Shown piece by piece: positions 42,872 through 51,810 of a DNA stretch of 64,000 nt. The notes beneath the pieces are model-generated. The model did no database searches. It was not told the DNA's origin and saw only the letters and a program-made list of their open reading frames with translations. The stretch covers positions 124,001 through 188,000 of the IMG/VR virus record IMGVR_UViG_3300047476_002078; one strand, 5' to 3'. A program made the position numbers and the translations under genes. The number at the start of each line of letters is the position of its first letter. The first letter of the stretch is position 1.

Positions 42872-43224
42872 AGGAAAATATGATTATTAATAAAACTGAA
42901 GTTGTAGAAAACATAAAAGTTAAATGCACTTTTGATAAAGCTTACGGAGCCACTTCATCTTACTTTTATATTGAGTCTATTTTGACTGGAGAGATATTAT
43001 TAGTAGGTTCAGGAAATTGTAATGATGAGATGTCTGAAGAAGCTATGACTAGATACGCTATTACAAAAGCTATCGACTTTATAAAGTCATCTCGATACCA
43101 AGATCATATAAATATGAATATGGGAAAACTGGAAAAAGCAATTAAGATAATAGGTGATATAGGCAGTTCAGATTCTAATTTCAAACAAGCCTGCCTGTTC
43201 TTAGAAGAGATTAAAAATGAGTAA
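42826..43224 (+). CDS. hypothetical protein
   Basis: True start probably ATG near 42880 after GAGG. Confidence 0.6.
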   Translation: MAVQDSLPDEKLPILEENMIINKTEVVENIKVKCTFDKAYGATSSYFYIESILTGEILLVGSGNCNDEMSEEAMTRYAITKAIDFIKSSRYQDHINMNMGKLEKAIKIIGDIGSSDSNFKQACLFLEEIKNE

Positions 43225-43357
43225 GAAAAAGTTTACAATAGTTTTAAAAGGAGAGGATGTTAGATTTAAGCCAAGGCATAAACTGAAAGCCTCCAAAAAG
43301 CATAAGTCTTTAAAAGACTACAGCCGTAAATCAAAACACAAAAAGCCTGAGTTTTAA
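43217..43357 (+). CDS. 46-aa basic peptide, ArfA-like motif (not in ORF track)
   Basis: MSKKK...KKHKSLKDYSRKSKHKKPEF*; ATGA-type coupling to the upstream gene. Confidence 0.55.
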   Translation: MSKKKFTIVLKGEDVRFKPRHKLKASKKHKSLKDYSRKSKHKKPEF

Positions 43358-43932
43358 GCGAAATCTTTCCAATCGCTATCGCCATGTTTGTTAAATTCAC
43401 AGTAATCTTCGAGATCATCCAAATCTATTCTTCCATGATTGCTAGAAGAATAATAGCCTTGATGCTCATAACCTTGTTTCCACTTTTTGAAAGCTTCTTT
43501 TGCTGCCTTTAAAGAGGGATAACTTGATTTACTGAAATCAATGCGAAAACCATCTGGGGAAATGACTTGATACTTAGAAGCTGTTTTTATTTTATTTTCT
43601 AAATCTTTAATTGTAGCTTTGATGCTTTTGGTACTTAGTTTTAAGAGTTCTTGATAATCTTCTTTCGATATTTTTTTGATGGTTAAACTGTTAGTATATG
43701 CCATCCAGTCACCGCTAAAATCTAGCGACTTTCCGGACAAAGACATAATTTTACCTTTAACTCCCCATTCGGATTTTTTATCCATTTCTTCATCCATTTT
43801 TTCCAAAATCTTAGATGAGTTAAATTTTAAAATTATCTGTTTGTTAGCATTTTTAGATATTTCGACAGTATCTAAAAGGACAGTATTGCTCAAAACTTTA
43901 GGGTCTAATGATACTAATAGTTCTATTTTCAT
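43354..43932 (-). CDS. Lys-rich hypothetical protein
   Basis: 192 aa, abuts the upstream gene. Confidence 0.75.
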   Translation of the reverse strand: MKIELLVSLDPKVLSNTVLLDTVEISKNANKQIILKFNSSKILEKMDEEMDKKSEWGVKGKIMSLSGKSLDFSGDWMAYTNSLTIKKISKEDYQELLKLSTKSIKATIKDLENKIKTASKYQVISPDGFRIDFSKSSYPSLKAAKEAFKKWKQGYEHQGYYSSSNHGRIDLDDLEDYCEFNKHGDSDWKDFA

Positions 43933-43941
43933 TTATATCTC

Positions 43942-44325
43942 TTATTTTAAATGCTTTAACGCCGCGTCTGCCATATCAGAAAACTCTTCATGAAATCCAT
44001 GTGGACTAAAAAATCCATCTGCACCTCTGTCATAATCATACGAAAATGATTTTCCATTAGAGTGATGAACTGTTCCTGAGCCTTTCCCGTCGTGAGTGAT
44101 TAAAAGATCATTGTGTTTGCTACCTAAACTTTTCATAGCACCATCATGAACTTTATGATTTTTAGAAACATTTTTTATGGATTTTCCTGAAGGAGTTTGA
44201 AAAATAGGATCGCTTTGAGTCTTTTTTGTGTTAGGGTGTTCTTTTTTATATTCTTCGTAAGAAACAGCTAATTTAGACAAACGATGTTCAATATCATTAA
44301 GTTTTGAAATTATTTTATTTTTCAT
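43942..44325 (-). CDS. basic hypothetical protein
   Basis: 127 aa; SYEEYKKEHPNTKK motif. Confidence 0.7.
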   Translation of the reverse strand: MKNKIISKLNDIEHRLSKLAVSYEEYKKEHPNTKKTQSDPIFQTPSGKSIKNVSKNHKVHDGAMKSLGSKHNDLLITHDGKGSGTVHHSNGKSFSYDYDRGADGFFSPHGFHEEFSDMADAALKHLK

Positions 44326-44824
44326 TTTGTCCTTTCAAAGCGTGTTTTAAATTCGGGTCTATTTTTTTATATGTATTATCTTTAACATCTTTATATTTAA
44401 CTTTATCAAATTTCATCGTCTTCTTTAAAAGTTCTTTAGCTGTCATATCTACACGGATAACTTTGAGCTTTTTATTTTCATCTAGGTTTAAGTTTGCTAA
44501 CCACTTGTGATGCCCATCAATAATGTAATTGTCTTTGGATACAAGTAAAGGCTTGTCTAGCTTGTCTTTACTATCCATGAACTGTTTTACTTTTTTAATG
44601 TTGAAATCTTTTTGGGTTGGCTTTAATTCTTTAGCGAGAATTTTAGTCTCAATAATTTTAACATTGTTGTCTTTAAGCCATTCCATATAATCTTCAAGAT
44701 GTTTTTTCTTGATCTGAGGCATATTTCGTCTAGGTATTCCGAGACTGTCTTCAGTAGGGATTTCTATATCCTGAACTATCTTTGCCAAAATTTCTTCCGC
44801 TTGTTTCAATAATCTAATGTTCAT
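44315..44824 (-). CDS. ParB/Sulfiredoxin-like N-terminal domain protein
   Basis: IPRRNMPQI...LKPTQ...PLLVSKDNYIIDGHHKW. Confidence 0.8.
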   Translation of the reverse strand: MNIRLLKQAEEILAKIVQDIEIPTEDSLGIPRRNMPQIKKKHLEDYMEWLKDNNVKIIETKILAKELKPTQKDFNIKKVKQFMDSKDKLDKPLLVSKDNYIIDGHHKWLANLNLDENKKLKVIRVDMTAKELLKKTMKFDKVKYKDVKDNTYKKIDPNLKHALKGQNEK

Positions 44825-45141
44825 TAAAAATACTTTTGAAGTAGTTTATAATCATCTTGCATATCATTTTTGATATACTTACCTCTTAAAAAGTTTTCAT
44901 ACTCTGACTTAACAAATTTTTCAGCTTTATCTTTTTCTACATCTGAAACATCAAGTATTTCTTTTACAGCTTCTTCTTTGCTAAGGTGCTCAAGAGAGTT
45001 GTGCATAATATCTGCGATAACATCCATAGCATTGTATGAAGTTCTTGATATTTTTTCTAATTCGCTACTTACTTTTAAAAGAGTATTAACTATTTTCATA
45101 TCTTTAAGGTTTGAAAGCTTTAAAAGCTTGTTCGGCTCCAT
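44824..45141 (-). CDS. hypothetical protein
   Basis: 105 aa in the abutting minus-strand operon. Confidence 0.65.
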   Translation of the reverse strand: MEPNKLLKLSNLKDMKIVNTLLKVSSELEKISRTSYNAMDVIADIMHNSLEHLSKEEAVKEILDVSDVEKDKAEKFVKSEYENFLRGKYIKNDMQDDYKLLQKYF

Positions 45142-45805
45142 CTACATTTGAACCGTATCTGCTAATAATTGATTTTAATTTCTTTTCATAATCTTTTTGT
45201 GACATTTCTACCCTGTACATCTCTTTTCTTTTTCCAGATTGTCCATTTGGATAATGGTATCCTACAACGAAACCTTCCGAGCCTTTTCTTTCATAGCTTA
45301 CTGAGTGATGTTCTGTATCAAAAGGAGAAGATTTAGGTTTATCTTTTTTAATAGCGTCGTATTGACCCATGTCAACATTCGCAGCTTTTGAACTGTTCAT
45401 CAAATTATCTACAGCATTTTTAATATTTTGAAGTTTAGTGTAGGTATTAGTTCCGCCTGTATAGTCTTTTTCATTTTTTGCGGTTCTGATTAAAATGTGA
45501 TTGAACCACTCATTTGGAAAATGGCGAACATCTGAAACAGAGAAGTAAACAAACTTGTCGTCTTTCTTTAAAAATCCACTGACATAGAAGTGACCTACAT
45601 TCTTATTTACAATTTCATAACCTTCGCAGAGTTTTTTAATATCACTTAAAAAGTCTCTAGCGAATTGTTTGAACTCTGGAGTTTTTGAACTAGAGCTTTC
45701 AAATTCGTGGTTCACCCACTTTTCACTTTTTAAAGCTCCTGCAATTTTTGAAACTATGCCTGATAGGTATGATTCTAATTTTTTTAAAGTGTTTAAAGAA
45801 GCCAT
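45104..45805 (-). CDS. hypothetical protein
   Basis: 233 aa; GHFYVSGF...YFSVSDVR...ILIRTAKNEKDYTGGTN. Confidence 0.75.
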   Translation of the reverse strand: MASLNTLKKLESYLSGIVSKIAGALKSEKWVNHEFESSSSKTPEFKQFARDFLSDIKKLCEGYEIVNKNVGHFYVSGFLKKDDKFVYFSVSDVRHFPNEWFNHILIRTAKNEKDYTGGTNTYTKLQNIKNAVDNLMNSSKAANVDMGQYDAIKKDKPKSSPFDTEHHSVSYERKGSEGFVVGYHYPNGQSGKRKEMYRVEMSQKDYEKKLKSIISRYGSNVDGAEQAFKAFKP

Positions 45806-45815
45806 GGCTTTTCCT

Positions 45816-46109
45816 TTATATTATTCTTTTCTTGTTAGTTTTAGGATTTCTATATTCACCTGAAGCTAACATATCTTCCAATTTTTTTCTTCCTTCAGAA
45901 GTGATCGAATATTTGTTATCTTCTGTATGCTTGATGTAACCCAACTCTTGTAATTTTTGGACGGATTTTTGTTTTGATGATTTATCTTCTTCTGAAATAT
46001 GAATCTCACCCGTAGAATAAGAATCTTTCAAATGTTTAAAATCATAAAGACCTAAACTCGAAAACTTTTGAAGAATATTTGCTAATTTTTTGAGATGTTT
46101 TAATTTCAT
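45816..46109 (-). CDS. small basic protein, winged-helix-like
   Basis: VQKLQELGYI...YSITSEGRKKL. Confidence 0.65.
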   Translation of the reverse strand: MKLKHLKKLANILQKFSSLGLYDFKHLKDSYSTGEIHISEEDKSSKQKSVQKLQELGYIKHTEDNKYSITSEGRKKLEDMLASGEYRNPKTNKKRII

Positions 46110-46510
46110 AAAAAGTTTTGTTCAAACGTATCAAAGTTACATTTTAAAGTAGCGTATCCGCTAACTCTGTCTCCAGAAATAGCTACTTCATTGTCATTTA
46201 AAGTGTGCTCTTTGGTTTGATTCCCTTCTAAGCCCTTTTGTATATCAGTGATTTGACCATTCTTGATGTTCACTATTACTTGGTAGCTGTAATCAAAGTT
46301 ATCGTATTGAGGAGCGTGTTGGTTTGCGTAAGCTTGGATAGAATTTGATATTTCTAGTTTGATTTCTCTTTTACTGAATCTATTATTTTTTAAAATTCTC
46401 TTTACCTCATTAGGTAAATTTTTAGATTTTATACGCTCATCATTAAACGAAAACTTTAAAAAATTAATTTCCGCTATAGCAATTTTTTTCGCAATTTTAT
46501 TCCAGTTCAT
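46106..46510 (-). CDS. hypothetical protein
   Basis: 134 aa, GAGGT RBS. Confidence 0.7.
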   Translation of the reverse strand: MNWNKIAKKIAIAEINFLKFSFNDERIKSKNLPNEVKRILKNNRFSKREIKLEISNSIQAYANQHAPQYDNFDYSYQVIVNIKNGQITDIQKGLEGNQTKEHTLNDNEVAISGDRVSGYATLKCNFDTFEQNFL

Positions 46511-46563
46511 ACCTCAAACCTTGATATAAAGGACTATATTTCTGTGCAAAATTAATCAATTAG

Positions 46564-47223
46564 TCACTTAATGAACAAGGTTCTGTGGAGAGGGCAGGAA
46601 CCATATTTTTTTATGGCTTGCCTGTGATCTTCAGTACCGTAGCCTTTGTTTTTATCCCATCCGTACTGAGGATAAATACTCGATTGTTCAACAATTAAAC
46701 TATCTCTATAAACTTTTGCAACAGTTGAGGCACATCCTAAAAGATAGGATTTTGCATCACCTTTTATTATAGTTTCGTGCTCATAGATAGTATTTTGAAC
46801 TTTCCTGCTACCATCTAAAACAATCTTATATAAGTCTTGGTTTATTGAATCGTTGGATAATATTTTTGATAAGGCTGATTCAAATGCGAATTTATAAGAA
46901 CTTATCATTCCTTTTGAATTAATAAGTTCTGGCTCTGCTTCCCCAATAGATACTAAAAATCTATCGTTTTCTAATTCTTTGATACTATCAGAGACATTTT
47001 TTCTATTTTTCTCTGAAACTTTTTTACTATCATCTACTTTCTGTAAATTATTGTTTTTACTTATTATATCTGGGAGTTCCTCGTAAAAACTTCGATGGAT
47101 AGCTACACATCCTAGAACGATACTGCCTGCGAAAGAACCCCATCCTACTTCATCTATTCCTACTAACCAGTCTCCTAAAGAAAACAAAGTCTGATCGAAC
47201 TCTAGTTTTTCTTTCCACTTCAT
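46564..47223 (-). CDS. rnhB: ribonuclease HII
   Basis: GIDEVGWGSFAG, DSKK, IKGD, AS..AKVYRD, YGWDKNKGYGT..H, HR motifs. Confidence 0.93.
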   Translation of the reverse strand: MKWKEKLEFDQTLFSLGDWLVGIDEVGWGSFAGSIVLGCVAIHRSFYEELPDIISKNNNLQKVDDSKKVSEKNRKNVSDSIKELENDRFLVSIGEAEPELINSKGMISSYKFAFESALSKILSNDSINQDLYKIVLDGSRKVQNTIYEHETIIKGDAKSYLLGCASTVAKVYRDSLIVEQSSIYPQYGWDKNKGYGTEDHRQAIKKYGSCPLHRTLFIK

Positions 47224-47474
47224 AGAGAGTTTTCTTGATCTTTTTTATCGTGGAAATAACCTTCAAACTCTGAGTCGTAAGTTTCAATTTTTGGTTTAGA
47301 TATTTCTTTGTAGATAGAATAAACGTGTAAGGCTTCAGATAAAATTCGGTCTTTTTTCTTTTGAAGTTCTAATTCTTTCTTACGTTTTATTTTGTAGTTT
47401 ATGTAAAAGGAAACCAAAATTAAAAAACTTAACCCGAAACCTGCTATAAAGCCTTCTAAAAACATAAATATCAC
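47220..47474 (-). CDS. small membrane-anchored protein
   Basis: Hydrophobic N-terminus followed by a basic stretch. Confidence 0.65.
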   Translation of the reverse strand: MIFMFLEGFIAGFGLSFLILVSFYINYKIKRKKELELQKKKDRILSEALHVYSIYKEISKPKIETYDSEFEGYFHDKKDQENSL

Positions 47475-47821
47475 CTTAGTTGGTTTATTATAGCATCATC
47501 TGAAGTTTGCATCTCTTTTGAGTAGCTAATAGCTTTGTCATTTGTATCAATTATTTTTAAAACTTGCGATTTATTGTACTTAGGGTATTTCTTTAGTTCA
47601 GGTAGTGGATGTCCATATCCTCCAGCTTTGACAAAATCTTCAATGGAGTATGGGATGTATCCCTTTTCAATTATTTTTTTCTCTAATTTTTTAAACTTCT
47701 TTTCAAGAGAATCAAATCCTACAATCTCACCCATAAAAGAATAGCTGATAGCATCGCCAAAGTCTTCACCGACACTTATGTATTTCTTAATTAAAAAACT
47801 TTCAAAAAAATAGTGTAACAT
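47471..47821 (-). CDS. hypothetical protein
   Basis: 116 aa, abutting neighbours. Confidence 0.65.
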   Translation of the reverse strand: MLHYFFESFLIKKYISVGEDFGDAISYSFMGEIVGFDSLEKKFKKLEKKIIEKGYIPYSIEDFVKAGGYGHPLPELKKYPKYNKSQVLKIIDTNDKAISYSKEMQTSDDAIINQLR

Positions 47822-48570
47822 TATTTATCCAATGGTTTTTTTAAACTTGGGTCGTGTGGAAAAAAGTATCTTTTTAATTTTATCGGTTTAAGAGTTTTTG
47901 CATCAAAAGTTATGCCCCAACCATATTGGTAAGGTTCGGTTTTCCAAGCATCATTATCGTCGTTTTCTGGGAACGGTAGAATGTTGGATAAAGCGTATTT
48001 TTCTACCGTGTCAGTTCTTGTTGTGACGAAATAAAAGTCTCTAAAGTTTTCATGCTTTTGACTTCCAAAATGCACACCAATACCTTGATTCGTTTGAATA
48101 GCTACACCTTCAGGCATTTTAGGTAGTTGATATATTCCAAAACACTCATCATAAACTTTTAAAACTTTAGTTTTAGATTCTAGCTGATATTTAATCATGT
48201 AGAAGTCAGAGAATTTTGAATTTTCGTTATGTGTCTCCGTAAATTCTTTTATTATGTTTAACGACGGAACACCTTTATAAACTAACGCAACAGTGTCTTC
48301 AAAATAAGTAATATTATCTGCTTTGGTCAATCCAATCATTTCCCAATTGTTAATGTCTGAATTAGGGAAATTAGTAAGAATTAAATTAACAAGTTCAACC
48401 ACTTCAGGAAGGTGTGCATGAATTCTGCCGTAAGTTTTCTCAACAACGCCTTTACTATCAAGAGTTACTTCTAAAGGGTTATTATTGATTCCGGGCATAA
48501 TGTCTTGAGTTGTTTCCATACTTACCTCCGTTGTTGCTATTACGGTATTACATTTGTGAAAGCAATCCAA
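47821..48570 (-). CDS. hypothetical protein
   Basis: Likely start METTQ near 48519 after GGAGG. Confidence 0.7.
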   Translation of the reverse strand: MDCFHKCNTVIATTEVSMETTQDIMPGINNNPLEVTLDSKGVVEKTYGRIHAHLPEVVELVNLILTNFPNSDINNWEMIGLTKADNITYFEDTVALVYKGVPSLNIIKEFTETHNENSKFSDFYMIKYQLESKTKVLKVYDECFGIYQLPKMPEGVAIQTNQGIGVHFGSQKHENFRDFYFVTTRTDTVEKYALSNILPFPENDDNDAWKTEPYQYGWGITFDAKTLKPIKLKRYFFPHDPSLKKPLDK

Positions 48571-48617
48571 GGACTTAGTATGTCATATTTTACGGAAAGT
48601 AAACTCGCAACGTAATA

Positions 48618-48896
48618 TCAAGAACCTTTGAAAACTATCTCGTGGTCTTTAAGTTCTGGAGGGAGGAATGTGGCTATTGATTTACGCTGTTTGTCATAAA
48701 CTGCTATGATTTTATTTCCATTGTGTTTAATCTCGTGAACGCTAACTCTATGAGTCTGTTTTTTTATGAGTCTGCTTTTTCCATCTCGAATCCAAGCACA
48801 GAATTGGTCATATAGAGAGTCATTAATGACGAAATCATATCTTTCTTTAGCTCGTCGTAAAGCATGTTTCTTTTGTGTATGCTGTTTTTCCGCCAT
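48618..48896 (-). CDS. small phage hypothetical protein
   Basis: HALRRAKERY...IAVYDK..KSIATFLP pattern; GGGGG RBS. Confidence 0.7.
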   Translation of the reverse strand: MAEKQHTQKKHALRRAKERYDFVINDSLYDQFCAWIRDGKSRLIKKQTHRVSVHEIKHNGNKIIAVYDKQRKSIATFLPPELKDHEIVFKGS

Positions 48897-48970
48897 AACT
48901 TCCCCCCTTTTAAATTATTTTAGAAGGTATTATACGGTTTATTCAAACAATGTTTTGCAAGTATTAGAAT

Positions 48971-48999
48971 TTGACAGATTATTCTAAATTTAATTTAAT
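48971..48999 (+). promoter_or_regulatory. sigma70-like promoter
   Basis: TTGACA-17 nt-TTTAAT upstream of the isolated plus-strand gene. Confidence 0.55.
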
Positions 49000-49036
49000 T
49001 GAAACAATAAGAACTTGATTGGTCTTATTAACTTGA

Positions 49037-49528
49037 ATGAACCAAAGGCTTGATTGCATCTGTGTACAAAAACTTACAAATTACAATTTTATGGAGAAAG
49101 AATTTATGATTGCTCATGAAACAAACGTGCTATTGAATAGCGTTATAAACACTGTACGTAATTTAGATAATAAAAAATCTCAGTTAGGAGATCAAAGCTC
49201 TCTTTTTATTAAAAACATTACGCAAAAATTAAAATCAAATGAGATTCCTCCTGTGGAATTAGTTTTTACTCACTATGTAGAAGAACTTGGATGCGACATT
49301 GATTTTTGGGTCAAATGGGATGGAAAAATATTCTTAACATCTTCTGATGGTAACGATGACTATTCTCCTATACTTGGACAAAAAATTCAAAGCCGATTTA
49401 ATTTTGTTAAGATGATTCCAGTAATATTAAAAGATATGGAAAATCATTTTTCAAACGAGTTGAAAGAAATGGATTTTTTTATAGAAGGTGCTGAAAGCGA
49501 AGATGAAGAAGATATAAACAGTCTTTAA
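49037..49528 (+). CDS. hypothetical protein (lone plus-strand gene)
   Basis: Start may be the downstream ATG near 49105 (GGAG); TAA overlaps the convergent TAA. Confidence 0.7.
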   Translation: MNQRLDCICVQKLTNYNFMEKEFMIAHETNVLLNSVINTVRNLDNKKSQLGDQSSLFIKNITQKLKSNEIPPVELVFTHYVEELGCDIDFWVKWDGKIFLTSSDGNDDYSPILGQKIQSRFNFVKMIPVILKDMENHFSNELKEMDFFIEGAESEDEEDINSL

Positions 49529-50229
49529 TTTAGAGAGGGGATAGAATCCCCTCTCCTTATTTCTTTAAGCCTATTTTTCGTCAAAGTGTGTTCCACATAT
49601 CCCAAATGGCAAAGTAAACTATACCTTTCTTTTTTAACTTTTAGTTCTTCGACTCTATGAAGTTTAGTAAAATCAAGATTATTTACAGTAACCATTACGC
49701 CGTGATTTGGTAAAATTTTATCAATCTCTTCCACTGTTTTTTCATCTATTCCACCGTATTTATTTAACTTAGCTTTCCCTATTCCTAAATACCCTCCGTC
49801 TGTTTCATAAAAAACGTCTTTAGTTAAATATAAAATATTTGTCATAAAAGTTGAATCGTAACTGTCGGAGTGCCATACCATACCTGAATTTTTTGCATAA
49901 TTATTTATCATTGGACTACCTTGAGAAAAGGGTCCGAAACAATCAGTAAACCATTTAAAATATTTTGAATTAGATAAGCCTTCCCAAAAATCTTTAAAAA
50001 TTTTTGGAGCTTCTTCATTATAGGATGTCAATGTGTGTGAAGCCTCCCACTTTGAAATTAAAGGAGCATCATATCCAGCGGAAGAATAGTAACCATCTCC
50101 TGTAACGTAAATTTGACTTCGTACTTGTTCTAAAAAATAATCAGCTACTTCGAGATCAATTCTTGTTACGGTGTAACCGTCTTTAAAGAATTTATGAATA
50201 TCAAAATTATCTTTTATTTGTAGTTTCAG
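49525..50229 (-). CDS. 2OG-Fe(II) oxygenase, paralog 2 (extended to a CTG start)
   Basis: WHSD (HxD), LHRV distal His, ERYSL; frame open upstream of TTG 50031 to 50244 and N-terminal extension aligns with paralog 1. Confidence 0.8.
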   Translation of the reverse strand: MKLQIKDNFDIHKFFKDGYTVTRIDLEVADYFLEQVRSQIYVTGDGYYSSAGYDAPLISKWEASHTLTSYNEEAPKIFKDFWEGLSNSKYFKWFTDCFGPFSQGSPMINNYAKNSGMVWHSDSYDSTFMTNILYLTKDVFYETDGGYLGIGKAKLNKYGGIDEKTVEEIDKILPNHGVMVTVNNLDFTKLHRVEELKVKKERYSLLCHLGYVEHTLTKNRLKEIRRGDSIPSLN

Positions 50230-50963
50230 ATCATGCTCCAGTTTTTAGCTTTCAATGAATAAAGAACATTTGCTGAATAACCAAACTGGCATATCAAAGA
50301 AAATCTTTTTTTATTTGTTTTTAACGGTGGTACACGATGAACAAAATTAGGGTTTAAATTATTAGCTGTGACCATTACACCATGATTAGGCAAAATTTTT
50401 CCAGTAGGTATAACTTTCTCTTTTTCAATTTCTCCCGTGTATTCACAAACCCCAAACTCAACGTAACCTCCATCGCTTTCTGTGAATGTTTCTTCTGTGA
50501 GATATATCATGTTGATTAAAAATGAAGCATCTCTAAAATCATAATGCCAGCTTAGACCATCATTTTTACTATATTTCATCATTTGTTTTGATAGCTGTGA
50601 AAAATCTCCGAAGTGTTGAGTTAGAGGTTTGAAATAATTCTCTTTAGATAAATTACTCCAGAAATCATTAAAATAAGGTTTATCATCTTCTACGAAACCC
50701 ATGCCCATTTGAGGTGAACTCAAATTTTCCCCTTCTGGAACAGTAAAAGGTGTTACACACTCACAATAAAAAAGTCCTGTGTCTGTGTGATAAACAGGAT
50801 GCTCGTCAGAACTTATAACTGAAGGATAATTGAATTTTTGATTACGTATTTTTTTAAGTAAATTGTCAGCTATATCTACATTAATTTTGGATACAGCGTA
50901 ACCTTTATTAAAGAAATCATTAAGATCAATAGAGTCATTGAGTATTATCTGATTCTTTGTCAT
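50226..50963 (-). CDS. 2OG-Fe(II) oxygenase, paralog 1
   Basis: WHYD (HxD), DGGYVEFG, FVHRV distal His, KRFSL 2OG-binding Arg. Confidence 0.85.
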   Translation of the reverse strand: MTKNQIILNDSIDLNDFFNKGYAVSKINVDIADNLLKKIRNQKFNYPSVISSDEHPVYHTDTGLFYCECVTPFTVPEGENLSSPQMGMGFVEDDKPYFNDFWSNLSKENYFKPLTQHFGDFSQLSKQMMKYSKNDGLSWHYDFRDASFLINMIYLTEETFTESDGGYVEFGVCEYTGEIEKEKVIPTGKILPNHGVMVTANNLNPNFVHRVPPLKTNKKRFSLICQFGYSANVLYSLKAKNWSMI

Positions 50964-51324
50964 GTATGCCTAAATGTATAATTAATTTTAAAATCATTTT
51001 GTTTTGTGATTCCATTCGATTGAGTAAAACTTTAATCTCGTCATTGGACATTTTGCTTACTTCATAATTGTACTTAGCCAATATCCTATCTTGTTCTCCT
51101 AGCTTCTTTTGAGACATTAGAATAAATGGGGCTGTATAAGCAGCTTGAAATGATAAAAATAAAGTTAAAAATAAAAATGGGTAAGGGTCTAATCTTAATA
51201 TTCCAAAATAGTTAAAAAACACCCAAGCAATAATGAATAGCGTTTGAAATATTACAAACTTCCAAGAGCCTACAAAATTGGTCACAAAATCAGCTAATTT
51301 AGACCATCTTTTTTTCCTATCCAT
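50935..51324 (-). CDS. DUF1003-family membrane protein
   Basis: FVGSWKF...W...DPYPFLFLTLFLSFQAAYTAPFILMSQ signature. Confidence 0.85.
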   Translation of the reverse strand: MDRKKRWSKLADFVTNFVGSWKFVIFQTLFIIAWVFFNYFGILRLDPYPFLFLTLFLSFQAAYTAPFILMSQKKLGEQDRILAKYNYEVSKMSNDEIKVLLNRMESQNKMILKLIIHLGIHDKESDNTQ

Positions 51325-51333
51325 TTTTTCCTT

Positions 51334-51810
51334 TTACAATATTGATAAAACTTCATTTAGTTCCTTACCTATAAACATTTCTTTTTTAAAGTAATCAACT
51401 GTTGACTTTACTTGCGATGGTAAAAAGTAAGAGTCATTAATTACGTTTACAAGTACAGGAAACACTCTTATTAAAACTTCATCATATAGAGATTTGCTAT
51501 CTTCAGAGTAAGGAACAAAATAAGGGTCATTTCCAAATAGCAATTCCGAGTCTGATAAGTTTTCATAATAATCAAGACCAAAGTATTTTGATATAAGGGA
51601 TGCGTAAACAATAGCTACCATAAAAGATTTTGCAGGATATTGAAGAAAAGTGACTTCTTCTTTGAAGTGCTTTTCAATATCTTCTACTATTTCTTGGAAT
51701 GTGTAGAAATCTTTGACTAGGTAAATTTCCTCTTTTGATATGTCATAAATTGAGTCTGTTATGGGCTGGGTTTGATGATAAACTTTCTGTCGTAATTTGT
51801 GTTCTTTCAT
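51334..51810 (-). CDS. hypothetical protein within the radical SAM cluster
   Basis: 158 aa, overlaps the end of rSAM-4. Confidence 0.7.
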   Translation of the reverse strand: MKEHKLRQKVYHQTQPITDSIYDISKEEIYLVKDFYTFQEIVEDIEKHFKEEVTFLQYPAKSFMVAIVYASLISKYFGLDYYENLSDSELLFGNDPYFVPYSEDSKSLYDEVLIRVFPVLVNVINDSYFLPSQVKSTVDYFKKEMFIGKELNEVLSIL

